From assembly GCA_019828565.1 (NCBI GenBank), contig JAHDYR010000053.1, forward strand, positions 1,090,272-1,154,271: DNA of 64,000 bases. Direction: 5' to 3'. Below the pieces are notes generated by a model that was not told where the DNA came from, made no database searches, and worked only from the letters and a program-made list of their open reading frames with translations. Origin of the DNA: Carpediemonas membranifera BICM (Eukaryota > Protista > Fornicata). The first letter of the stretch is position 1; every line of letters starts with the position of its first letter. Positions 36,324-47,200 of this stretch are shown here, one piece after another. Made by a program: the position numbers and the translations under genes.

Positions 36324-36877
36324 CATCATTTGATTAGCTGAACCATCATTCATACCATCCCCCTTGTTAACCACCGACCGGCAAATATGCGCCCTCGGGG
36401 TGCGAACTGTGATGTCGAACCACTGAGCCAAAAGGGAAAACCCGGAATTCCATTTTATTTATTCCTCAAAAGCAACCTGAGCGCGGAAGGCACTGACACA
36501 GGTAGCCTAGCCAAAACATCTGACCTGAGATGGCTGTGTCACACGATAGGGAAGATTAAAAGGTACCGTCACCCACCCCAACAGAGGCATTGTTGACCCG
36601 GCAATTACCCTCGGCAAGGGCGAGTGCGATGTCAATCTTGAGCCGGTGGATGTCCCAGCGACTCGGGGACTGCGGGTCGTGGCGAGACTTAGAGCCCGCC
36701 ATCGCCGCGATCTCCTTGAGGAAGTCGAGTGAGCTTGCCAGAGAAGCGAAGCCATCAGCGCCCAATGCAAACGGACGCACGTCGGGCTTGTTAGCCTTCT
36801 TGTACTTCTCAAGCTTGTGTTTCTCCGCACCTCGCTGGTTATTGGACACTGCGGTTTCCACATCATTTGATTAGCTG
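36324..36877. repeat. 17-bp target-site duplication CATCATTTGATTAGCTG (36324..36340 and 36861..36877)
   Basis: Exact direct repeat bounding the insertion. Confidence 0.9.
36341..36860 (-). mobile_element. 5'-truncated CRE-like non-LTR retrotransposon insertion (end of REL endonuclease region plus 3' UTR/tail)
   Basis: Frame 36556..36861 reads AEKHKLEKYKK..VRPFALGADG..LDFLKEIA..RLKIDIALALAEGN, the ExxKxxKY...PF...GN pattern of R2/CRE-type C-termini; flanked by an exact 17-bp direct repeat. Confidence 0.8.
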
Positions 36878-36933
36878 TGCACTTTATGTCATCAGTTTTG
36901 CAGGGTTCCTCTTGCGCCGCCAATAATTATCAA

Positions 36934-37541
36934 ATGGTCTTCAGCTTCGCAAATTGGTTCCTCAACATGCTTTCCTACCTTGGGCTCTATAACAAGAAGG
37001 CCAAACTGGTATGCTCATTCTATTCTCACTCACATAGGTATTCTTGGGCCTCGACAACGCAGGCAAGACCACCCTCCTTCATATGCTCAAAGACGGGAAG
37101 CTTGTGCAGCACCAGCCGACGTTGCACCCCACAAACGAGGAGATCCGCATGGGCAAGATCACCTTCTCTGCCTTCGACCTCGGAGGGCACAAGGAAGCCC
37201 GCCGTATCTGGCAGGACTACTACGCCAAGTGTGACGCTGTTATCTATATCGTGGACGCCGCTGACCACGAGCGCATGCAGGAGTCTGCCGAAGCCCTGCG
37301 CGAGCTGCTTGAGTCCGAAGAGCTAGCTGGCGTGCCCTTCGCCATCCTTGGCAACAAGATCGACCGGCCCGACGCCTGCTCTGAGCCCCAATTTATGCAG
37401 ATGATCAACATCCACACCACTGGCAAGCAAACGACCAAGGAGGAGCTCGGCACGACCCGCCCCATCGAGGTCTTCATGTGCTCTATCCTGCGCAAGACTG
37501 GCTATGCCGAGGGCTTCCGCTGGATCGGGCAGTACCTCTAG
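36934..37541 (+). CDS. SAR1: COPII small GTPase Sar1; 29-nt intron at 37009..37037
   Basis: [46 protein letters not shown], GFRW. Confidence 0.96.
37009..37037 (+). other. Spliceosomal intron, 29 nt (SAR1)
   Basis: GTATGC...CACTCACATAG; removal restores the frame. Confidence 0.92.
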
Positions 37542-37664
37542 ACACGCCTCGGTTGAGCTTGCCCCGGCGTCTATGGTGCCTAATAAACTAGTGCTGCTTC
37601 TCCACTAACGATACTGCTCCATGGTCTGGGGTTGCTCGGGAATGAAGTCGTCTCCACAGTCAGA

Positions 37665-40055
37665 ATGGACCTGCTGCCCGAGCTCCCCCATCGAGCATGG
37701 GAGATTCTTCGTGGGCTGGCCAATGTGGTCCCATCTCATCTATACATGGTCCTTGACGGCGTATTGGGGTTTGATTGCGAGCCTGCGCCGATCGATTCCA
37801 TTATTTCGTCTGTACGGGAGCTCTTTGACCTTTGGGAGGAACCCAAAAGCCGAAATGAGGCTATCTATCCGCATTACGCCTCCCTTATCCTCGGTGCCCT
37901 GGTCCATGCCCGCTACGCTGAGCCCGAGTCCGCCCCCGCCCCTCCTCTCCCCTCAGCCGTCTCCCCCGCTGACCTGGGCGCCCTCGCTCCTCAGGGCGTG
38001 CAAACGATCAAGGACCAAGCGGACATGCTGATCCAGGAGCTGCTTGACTGTCCTGTTCCGTTCGCCATTCACCCTCCATTGGTCCTCGTCGGACTGACCA
38101 TGGCGGTGGGCTCAGAGACGACGACGTTCGCCAAAGGGCTTGTATCCATGCAGTCGTCCCGACCATCTGGCTTACTGGCGCTGTACTCGCACCTGGGAGA
38201 GGGGCGGACTGACGTGCAGGCAGTCGACAGCGTCGCCTCGATCGCAGCCACCTTCCCGGTGCTCGTGGAGGATGAACAGGCCTGGCTACACGCTCTGTCG
38301 GACCAGATATGCACCCTGCTCCAGTCCGAGACGCCCGTGCACGCTGATCTGGCCGCCCGGCTGGCCTTCGCCCTGTGCGACCGCTACGGCCAAGCAGCCC
38401 TGCCCATTCTGAGTGATCTGATCCGCCCCCTTCGCACCCCCCAGCCCGAGTCGACGTTGTACGAACTGATCGAGGCTCTTCACCACCTCGTGACGTTCGC
38501 CGTGCCCGCCCGCCTAGTATGCGACGGGCTCAGGCCGGCGCTGCCTGTCCTGTTCCACCTCTACGTGTTCCTGAGGGGCACGGTGCTGTCGACCAAGACT
38601 GCTGTCGGAGAGACCCTCGTCCGCGTCATTCGACACTGCGGCCTCCCCGCGGACGCGTTCAAGGAGGTGCTGACTGCAGATCAGAGGGAAGTCGGGCTTT
38701 CATTCCGTCTGGGTGACCATGGCAGCGTCATGTCTGTCCCCTTCGACCACAGCCAGGGGGGGGACCAATCGGCACTCGACCAGCTTCAGTCGGTCGGCGA
38801 GGAGGACTTCGTAGGACCCGACGGCCCCGTTGTAGACGCCGCGGCTGCCCTAGCTGACCTCCTCCCAAGGCATGTGGCCGGCAACCTCATGCTCGACTTC
38901 CTGGCCGCACATGTCGCCCGTAAGAGCAGGCCCATCGAGTCGGACGGCGAGTTCAGGCAGGAGGCCGTCCTCGAGCGGCTGTGCGACACCCTGGGCCCCA
39001 AGATGGTCACCAATACTGCCCAAGTCTGCGGTGTCGCGGCGGCCCTCCTCGACTCCGCCGACCCGGGTGACCTGGCGGGCCTTGCCATGGTGCTGACAGT
39101 GCTGCTCGTGGCACTGGAGTCCGGCGACCGTGTGCGGTACGGCATGGTCTCCGGCATGATAGCCCAGGTCGAGCGGCTCACGCGATACCCCCCCGAGGCG
39201 GGGGAGGTGCCCGAGCTCGCCCGCATCGTGTACGCTGCAATGATCGCGCTACCGATCAGTGAGGGCGACGAGCGTGCGGCGGGGGCGGGGGCATCAGTCG
39301 ACGAGATCCTGGCCGCGATGAGGTCAACCGTGCTGCCCGACCGGGTGTGGGCGATCGCCCAGCTCGAGGACGCCGTGCGGACCGGAACATGCCCCATGCC
39401 GGTAGAGCAGTGCGTGTCCCTGTTCGAGAACCAGCTCCGTGACGACGACGGCTACATGGTTGGTGCGGCGCTGTCCGGCCTTGTCACCCTCACCCACCAG
39501 GCGCCGGACCAGGCCTTGGGGGTGCTGGCAGCAATAGTCACCGACACCACCCGGCCCGTGGAGCAGCGCAGCAAGGTTTGCGAGGCGTTGTACCAGATGG
39601 CACGATCTCTCGGCCCCGCTGTCATGGCTGCTCGCCGAGGACCCCGTCTCATCGCCACCCTGCTGACTGTAGCCGAGTCTGAGCGGACGGTGGTGGTTGC
39701 GTCTGCCCTGCTGACCCTGGCCTCGCTCCTTCGCGCCTTCCCCATGCTCGTGCTCGGTCGGTTCCAGGACGTCTATGCCCGCTGCGACGCCGTGCTCAAG
39801 GCCGCACCAGCGAACGAGGTCGACCGGTACAACCGTCTGGCTGCTGCCCAGCTTGTCTTCGAGATAGTGGACGTGAGCCTAGGCGATGACGGCCAACTGT
39901 GGCATGTGCTGGGTTCGACTGGCCGACTGCGGGCGACCTGCTCCCGTCTCCAGGATGATGCCGAGGCCGCCGTCGCCCAGATGATGCGCCGAACCGTGGC
40001 CCGCATTGCTGAGTTCTCGGACAAGTTCGTCGGCACTCGGCCGGGATGGGACTGA
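37665..40055 (+). CDS. TANGO6/Rtp1-like armadillo/HEAT protein
   Basis: LRDDDGYMVGAALSGLVTL and RSKVCEALYQMARSLG resemble the RTP1_C1 region; helical-repeat composition. Confidence 0.65.
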   Translation: MDLLPELPHRAWEILRGLANVVPSHLYMVLDGVLGFDCEPAPIDSIISSVRELFDLWEEPKSRNEAIYPHYASLILGALVHARYAEPESAPAPPLPSAVSPADLGALAPQGVQTIKDQADMLIQELLDCPVPFAIHPPLVLVGLTMAVGSETTTFAKGLVSMQSSRPSGLLALYSHLGEGRTDVQAVDSVASIAATFPVLVEDEQAWLHALSDQICTLLQSETPVHADLAARLAFALCDRYGQAALPILSDLIRPLRTPQPESTLYELIEALHHLVTFAVPARLVCDGLRPALPVLFHLYVFLRGTVLSTKTAVGETLVRVIRHCGLPADAFKEVLTADQREVGLSFRLGDHGSVMSVPFDHSQGGDQSALDQLQSVGEEDFVGPDGPVVDAAAALADLLPRHVAGNLMLDFLAAHVARKSRPIESDGEFRQEAVLERLCDTLGPKMVTNTAQVCGVAAALLDSADPGDLAGLAMVLTVLLVALESGDRVRYGMVSGMIAQVERLTRYPPEAGEVPELARIVYAAMIALPISEGDERAAGAGASVDEILAAMRSTVLPDRVWAIAQLEDAVRTGTCPMPVEQCVSLFENQLRDDDGYMVGAALSGLVTLTHQAPDQALGVLAAIVTDTTRPVEQRSKVCEALYQMARSLGPAVMAARRGPRLIATLLTVAESERTVVVASALLTLASLLRAFPMLVLGRFQDVYARCDAVLKAAPANEVDRYNRLAAAQLVFEIVDVSLGDDGQLWHVLGSTGRLRATCSRLQDDAEAAVAQMMRRTVARIAEFSDKFVGTRPGWD

Positions 40056-40088
40056 GCAGTGATACATTTACGTGACTTATGTAAAGAC

Positions 40089-40997
40089 TCAGGGCTTCTT
40101 GCAGTACGACCGGCGCATGATCCTGGCTAGCAGGCCTGGGACGAGGACCTGAGCCCAGTAGACCAGCCAGAAGCGCCGCGGGATGATGATCATCCGTTTC
40201 CCGTCTGCGATGGCCTGCACAGCAACCGCAGCGGCGACATCCGGGCTCAGCGCGTGCTTGGAGTTGGCACTGACCTTGGCGCCAGGTCTGCTGAGCGACG
40301 AGGCCCTCAGGTTGGTGTCAAGCCATCCGGGGCACACCACCGTGACATTCAGCCACGCGTTCTCTGTCGCCAAGGCACCGAAGAAGCCGTGGAGAGCGTG
40401 CTTTGATGCGGAGTACACAGCGCGTGTCGGGGTTGGGGCAAACCCTTGGATGGACGAGACGACAGCGATGCGGGGGCGAGTGGCGGTGCTCAGCAGGGGC
40501 ATCAGACGCTGAGTCAGCACGACAGAGGCTGTGAAGTTCACGTCCATGACCCTCTCCAAGTGGGACAGGGGAGTGACGGCGGCCGGGCAGTGGGAGGAGA
40601 TGCCCGCGTTTAGCACGAGGCAGTCGATGGACGAGATACCCAGAGCCTTGATGGCATTGGCTGTAGCCTCCGCACCCTGATGGTCGACGTCGCCTGCGGT
40701 ATCGCTCGGGATGCTGCTGAGGTCTGCGCTGATGATGTCGACTGTCAGCGACGGCGACAACGCCCGGCACTCCGTTGCTACATCGGCCAGACGCTGACGT
40801 GAACGGGCGATGAGGACAAGATACTGTGCCCGACGGGCATACTGGAGCGCGAAAGAATGACCGAGTCCGCTGCTGGCGCCGGTGATAACGACCGTGCCGT
40901 ATGAGCGTTCCACATGCCGTACACGCGAATATATGAAGTATATAGCGACTAATAGCGCTATTGAGGCGAAGATCGCCACATTGACTGTGATGCCCAT
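40089..40997 (-). CDS. Short-chain dehydrogenase/reductase, membrane-anchored (DHRS7/11beta-HSD-like)
   Basis: TGASSGLG, LNAG, VSS, YSASK, VCPG; N-terminal TM. Confidence 0.92.
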   Translation of the reverse strand: MGITVNVAIFASIALLVAIYFIYSRVRHVERSYGTVVITGASSGLGHSFALQYARRAQYLVLIARSRQRLADVATECRALSPSLTVDIISADLSSIPSDTAGDVDHQGAEATANAIKALGISSIDCLVLNAGISSHCPAAVTPLSHLERVMDVNFTASVVLTQRLMPLLSTATRPRIAVVSSIQGFAPTPTRAVYSASKHALHGFFGALATENAWLNVTVVCPGWLDTNLRASSLSRPGAKVSANSKHALSPDVAAAVAVQAIADGKRMIIIPRRFWLVYWAQVLVPGLLARIMRRSYCKKP

Positions 40998-41071
40998 CGC
41001 TCTGAGCAAGGCCGAGTCGAGAGTCCGAAACTACCAAGGGTTGCGTGGCACGCATATATGTGTTTAATGGC

Positions 41072-41788
41072 CTAGTTGCAGTAGTCGCCGCCGTCCACGA
41101 GAGTCATGTCGACCGCGGGAGCAGGCCCGGGTCCGCTGTACACCAGGGGGTCCTCGTCCATGTCAGCCGTCCACATGTAGCACACGGCGCCAAACATCAG
41201 CACGGCGAGGAGGATGGTGGTGAAGGCGAGGGCGAGGCGATAGAGGGAGGTCTGGAAGGAGACCACGGGGTCGCTGGCCACTGTCAGCAGTAGCACGGTG
41301 TCGGGGCGCCGGGCCAGGTACGCCGTGAGCTTCTCCGAGATGTCGTCGTGCGACCGGGAGAGGGTGATCGTGCAGAAGGGGGCCGAGCACTGCGTCAGCG
41401 TGCTGTCAGTCGCATAGCGGTTGTGCTCTCCGTTAATGTGGTAGTACGACGGCGGGTGAGCTGCCGAGACGTTGCTGATCTGCGTGGAGCTGGCGAAGAT
41501 GGTCTTGAGCCCGGGCTGGTTGTCGAAGATGACGGTGGTGTCAGGGATCTCGATGTGGAGCACCGATGAATATGTAGGGTAGGAAGTCCGCGACACTATT
41601 GCCTCAGAGGTGTTGGAAATAGGGAGAGCAGCAGCAGTTGCCGCAAAAGAATAAAACTGTGTAGCACTCATCTGATCGCCCTTCACGAGACTTCCTGAGA
41701 CAGTGAGGATGTTTGATGGATCGTATAGATACACGCCTCCTGCGAGAACATAGCAAAATGCCAACGTAAGGATGAGAAGAGCTCGCAT
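41072..41788 (-). CDS. Single-pass secretory protein, ATP6AP2/(pro)renin-receptor-like C-terminus
   Basis: Signal peptide MRALLILTLAFCYVLA; TM followed by MWTADMDEDPLVY, similar to MWNMDPGYDSIIY. Confidence 0.5.
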   Translation of the reverse strand: MRALLILTLAFCYVLAGGVYLYDPSNILTVSGSLVKGDQMSATQFYSFAATAAALPISNTSEAIVSRTSYPTYSSVLHIEIPDTTVIFDNQPGLKTIFASSTQISNVSAAHPPSYYHINGEHNRYATDSTLTQCSAPFCTITLSRSHDDISEKLTAYLARRPDTVLLLTVASDPVVSFQTSLYRLALAFTTILLAVLMFGAVCYMWTADMDEDPLVYSGPGPAPAVDMTLVDGGDYCN

Positions 41789-42110
41789 GGCGTGTAACTG
41801 GTCGAAAAATGCACCTCCTCGTCCTGCCAATGTCAAGCGCTAAGCTGGTATCGCATCGCTCCTTCCCATACAGGGTCCGATCTGCTCTTAGCATCGCTCG
41901 GCACATGCTATGTTTCGGTCAACTAAATGCCCTTGACAGCTCAAACTCCAAAAACTCTATAGGCCTGCCTTCGGCCGAAACTGCCCGACGCGATGGGCAG
42001 GGTCTGGCGGGGGTGTATGCTGGTCGTTCATTGCTTCTCTGATGGGCGCAGGTTAAGGCCGAAAACGATCGTCTCGAACGCCGAAAACCGGAAATCGGAG
42101 ATTGGCGACC

Positions 42111-44023
42111 ATGACGAAGGACGACAAGTCTATTCGCGTATATGCACGACTGCGACCTTCAAATCACTACGCGGAAGACGAAATTGAGGTCCTAGCGGAC
42201 GAATGCATGCTAAAGTTGAGAACTGCGGAGCAAGAGCAGCAACGGAACTATATTAACAACAAGAAGAAGTCGTATCAGTTCAAGTTTGCCAATATTTTTG
42301 AGCCCACGGCAAAGCAGGACTTCGTATACAACATGACTGCCAGGAAATGCGTCGAGGAGTACGTCTCGCCCCCCACCAGCCTCACACAGCGTCCTAGAGG
42401 GCTTCAACGCGACAGTGTTTGCCTATGGCCAGACTGGATCAGGTTCGTATCCCCCACGACGATGACACAGGCAAGACCTACACCATGACGGGAGGCAATG
42501 GGGAGTACGCCCTTCGCGGTATCATCCCCCGGTGTATCGAGCACATATTCGAGCGGCTAGGGTCTGCTGCGGACAACACGGAGGTGTGGGTGACGTATCT
42601 CCAGGTGTACCTCGGCAAGGGCTACGACTTGCTCGGGGGTGACATCTCCTCGAGCTACCAGTCCACCCTCGATGATTTGCCCCGGTTCACACTGCGAGAG
42701 GACGCCAACGGGGTGAAGCACGCTGACCTGTCCCGGCACGTGGTCCGAAACAAGAGCGAGGCCTTGCTCAAGCTGTTCGACGGTGACTCCAACAGAGTCG
42801 TCGCCGCCACCGCCATGAACGACGCGTCGTCCCGGTCCCACTGTGTGTTCACACTCGGCATACGACAGAAGCTCGCTGGGTCGGGCGCCTATCGCGTGGC
42901 CAAGCTCAATCTGGTCGATCTTGCCGGTTCCGAGCGGGTTTCCAAGACCCAGGCCGAAGGTGAGGTACTCAACGAGGCCTGCTACATCAACGGCAGCCTC
43001 TTCCATCTGGAGCGGGTGATCAACACGCTCTCGCAGAACCAGGGCAAGCGGCCAGACAAGCGGGCCCACGTACCTTACAGGGGCAGCCTCATAACGTCGC
43101 TGCTACAGGACAGCCTTGGGGGCAACAGTCGCACCATCATGATCGCCACGCTGTCGGGCGACCCGGCTAACTTCGGCGAGACCGTGAGCACGTGCAAGTT
43201 CTCGATGCGGGTGGGGTCGATCCAGAACACCGCGGTTGTTAACGAGGAGACTGACCTCAAGATCGTCCTCAAGAAGCTCAGGACGGAGAATGGCGTGCTG
43301 CGGCGACAGCTCAAGAGCTTGCGGGAGGGCAATGGAAAGCCGGCCATGCCCCAGTCGCAGGCCAAGACCCAGGCCCAGGCGGACGTCAGCATAGACGAGG
43401 TCAAGGCCAAGAACGCCAACGCCGCCCGCATCATCCGGCAGCGGCAGGCCGAGATCGCTGTGCTGACGGACATGCTGAGCGAGGTCATGCCCGGCGTCGG
43501 CGAGCCCGGCCAAGAGATCGCCACGGCGCCGGCCGGGTCGTCCCTGCTCCCATCCAGGAGTGGGACAGCTGAATCTGTCAGGCATGTGGTGTCCCCGAAA
43601 CCGGACACGGACGCGATGATGGCGATCTCGACAGTGCCGCTGGAGCAGGTTCCCCCCGCCCTGCTGTCATCCACGGACACCGGATCCCGCCGAGAACTGC
43701 TGCGGTTGTTTATGACGGGGTACACCATCGACCCGGCATACCCGACCCAGCACGCCTATGTCAAGGACCGCGTTCCCGCAGTGAAGGCCATGGGCGCCGA
43801 GTACAAACAGATCGCGGCCCAGCGTACGAAGCTGCTCGGGGCAGAGCCTGTGGACATGGCGGCTGTGGCGGCAGCGGAAGCCAGGATGCGCGAGCTGCAG
43901 CAGGCGCTCGCACAGGAGAAGCCTCGCATCGAGGTTGCCCTGAAGGCGGTGAATGCCGAGAAGGCGCGCTGGGCGGCGGACTTCGAGCGTTGGGCAGGCC
44001 TCGCAGCGGCGACCCTGCGGTGA
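42111..44023 (+). CDS. Kinesin, kinesin-9/KIF6-like; introns at 42359..42389 and 42443..42470
   Basis: After splicing: [55 protein letters not shown] is KIF6-like. Confidence 0.9.
42359..42389 (+). other. Spliceosomal intron, 31 nt
   Basis: GTACGT...CCTCACACAG. Confidence 0.88.
42443..42470 (+). other. Spliceosomal intron, 28 nt (in the P-loop)
   Basis: GTTCGT...ATGACACAG; removal restores GQTGSGKT. Confidence 0.92.
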
Positions 44024-44286
44024 GGCCGACAGCATGCCCCACGATGACATCATACCATAGCTAGCTAGTAAATACACGCAGCCCTGATAAAGCAGACGTG
44101 ATGCGTCCCCCTGCTATGGCATGGCTGGTGACGTCGGCACTCATGAGTTGCAGTACCTGGCTGGTAAGGGGGCAATAAGGGGGTTAGTTGCCATCTTTGG
44201 GTGGCGAAGTCCGCCATAGCTGCGCGGTAGGGCAGATATCACTCTCGTAGGCGCCGCGAAGTTGGGTCTTATTCTGCACGGACATC

Positions 44287-47200
44287 ATGAAGGACGACCT
44301 CTCGGTCTTCGTTGACCCCTTCAATGGGATGAAGGAGCGCTATGCAGCGCTTCTAAGGAGTCAGCGGAAGATTTTGCAGAAGCCGCGTCCACCTCGCAGC
44401 GCTCTTATCGACACAGTGACGTCGTTGCTCGGAATCGTCAGTGTTGAGAATACCGAAGTTACCAACAGCAAGCGACAGTTTATTTGCATGCTAGCTGCTC
44501 AGTTCGCGACCAATACGCCGCAAAGCGAGCGCCTAGCTGTCATTGTTCCGAGCGATGATGGGGCTATCCGATTAGCCAAGGACATGAAGGCGCAGGGCAT
44601 AGAGGCGTCGGCTGGACCGAACACAGGCCAGGCCCCCGTGGTGGTGGTGGCATACACAGCTCTGCCCGCCCCGCTCGGCCGGGTGACGACGGTGGTGCTA
44701 GCCCACACACCATGGGCCACACCAGCGGCGATAGACAGCCTGCTCGACCATGCCACTGACAGCCCCTACCAGCTGTTGCGGGTGGTGTCCAGGAGCACAG
44801 TCGAGGCGAGTCTGTTCGACCGACTGACCGGCGACCCGCAAGAGGGTCTTGATCCCTGGGCCCCCGTCGAGGGCCTTAGCAGGAATGGCCGCACCCAGGA
44901 CAGCATGTTCCCTGACTCCGCGCTGGAGCTCGTGCTGGCGATAGGAGCGCAGGGCGGGCACGGCGACGGGATCCCCGGTCTACCGGCCGGCCTGCCCGAC
45001 GTCATCGCCAGGCATAATTACCCGACCGCCGATGACGTCATCAATGGCCCGAATGCCCCGTCGGCCGGCCCTCTGGTGAACCAAATGCTGGCATGCCTAA
45101 CGGTCGAAGAGGAGCCCCCCAAGCTTGAGGGCGATATCCTCAAGTCGGGCGATATCTTTATTGATTCGCAAGCGGTCCAGCAGATCCTGGCCAGGGTATC
45201 CAATATCGCCTTGCCCGACTCTGCTGTCGGAACCGGTGTCGGCGCTCTCTGCGGCCCCCAGCTGGTGCACCCGACAAGCACCCTGCACCGCCATGGCGAC
45301 ATGTTCGAGCAGTTCTTCGACGACATGTTCTCGTTGACCGGTGGGCCTAACCAGAACAAGGCCCTGGCCCCCGTGCAGAGTAGGGACCGAGTCGTGTGCG
45401 CCGCCCTCAGCATGGTCTGGACTGCTCTGTTCGACGCCCCCGATAAGGTCGCCGACGTGCCTCTCCTGGCCGCTGTCGAGCTCTTTAACCCCATGGCGAC
45501 CCTTGAGTCGTTCGAGGAGGCCTTTGATGAGCCCCCCGCGTTCGGGCTGGGCGACCTGGAGCTCCCACCGTCAGACCTGGGCCAGGCGTCCGTCACAGCC
45601 CCGCAGACGCCCGTGCCCAAGGTGCGGCGCCAGAGGAAGCGGAAGAAGCCCGTTGCCGTGCGGGTTGTGTCCCCTGTCGAGCAGTACCGTCGTCGCAGCA
45701 CCAGGGTGCGGTCGGCTGACCAGCCCTCCCTCTCGGAGCCACCTTCTCCACCCTCGCCACTCTCTCCCCTGCGGAAGAGGGCTCGTGGTGACGAGTACTA
45801 CAAGCCGTCGTCGGCGTACTACTTCCTGGAGGATCCCACCGACATCCTCTACCTGCCCGAGGTCGAGATTGCCCTCGACGCCGCTGACAGGCTGTCCAAC
45901 ATGTGCTTCGTAGCCCCGCCCCGCTTCCCGCAGCACGAGGTCGGTGTCCTCTCGCAGCTGCCCGACATCCCGAGACTCGCCGTGAGTCTGCAGGCTGACG
46001 AGCAGAATAAGCGGTCAATACGCACCCGTCAGAAGGACAGGACGAGGGCCAAGACGCTGTGGCCGCTACCCCCGGCCGAGCTGCTGACTGAGGTCCTCGA
46101 GGGGCCGGCGTTCGAGCCCCAGCCCAAGAACAGGCGGCGGTCCGCCCTTGTGACTATGCTGCAGCGGCACGGCTTCGGTGTGGGCGAGACGCCGGCCCGC
46201 GTGTTCAAGCCCGTGCTGACGAAGTGCAAGGCGCACCACCTGTTGAAGGCGCTCAAGCCGACCCTCATCGTCAGGGCACTGGCGGAGGTCGTCGTGCTCG
46301 CTGTGAACTTAGCGCAGCACCAAGAGCTGCTGCGGTCGGACGAGCAGTACGCCCGCCACCTGACAGCCGAGGACCGAGCGTTGTACGAGACGAAGCAGAA
46401 GCTGCTCGGACAAGTGTCCGCGGGGGAGCTCAAGACGAGGCTCGAGGCGCTGCGACTGGTGCACATGAAGTTGTTCGCTGTCGAGCAGTGTGGCCGGCCC
46501 TTCGCGATCGCCGAGTGCGGTCAGACGCAGTTCAGCAAGCCCGTCGCCGGGTGGGACCACAACCACGACTACACGCTCCTCGCTACTCTCGTAGACGTCG
46601 GATACGCCCGGTGGCAGGACATGGCCCGCGTCGACAAGTACACCCTGGCTGCGGAGGTGCCGCTGGGCCCAGCCGATGGCCCGCTCGACCAGGGGGCGAA
46701 AGCCATCCAGGCCAAGATCGCTACGTTCCTGAAGAACCGCGTTGCATTGCTGGAGGACGCGCTGCGCTTCGAGCACCAGGTCAGAACGGACCCGCTGACG
46801 CTGGCCGAGGTGTCTTTCCGACGGGAGAGGGAACACATGCCCGTGCGGCAGATCATGATGGCAAAGCACGCCTTCGACCACCAGCTGGTGATGCTGCCAC
46901 TGACGATCGAGGTGGCGCACTACATTAGGTTGAAAAGGGAGCTACTGGAGAAGATCACGGCCTTCCACGCTGAGCACATGACGACAAACGGGGTCAACCT
47001 CGAGCTCCGGCGGGAGATCGAGAAGTACAACGCCGTCATTCACGAGCACGTTGTCCGCAAGACCATCGACCTCCGCGTTTTCAATCAGCGCACGTTCGCG
47101 GCATCCCACCATTACTACGAGGCGGCCAAGGCCAAGTACCAGCTGGTCGACTCCCTCTCGCGGGAGGGGTTCCCGCCGGACACTTGCGAGAGAACACGTC

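Noticed and set aside
36341-36860. Fanzor/TnpB-type RNA-guided element as the explanation for the 25-nt match
   Set aside because: The encoded peptide fits a REL non-LTR C-terminus, not RuvC; a long TSD plus 5' truncation indicates target-primed reverse transcription.
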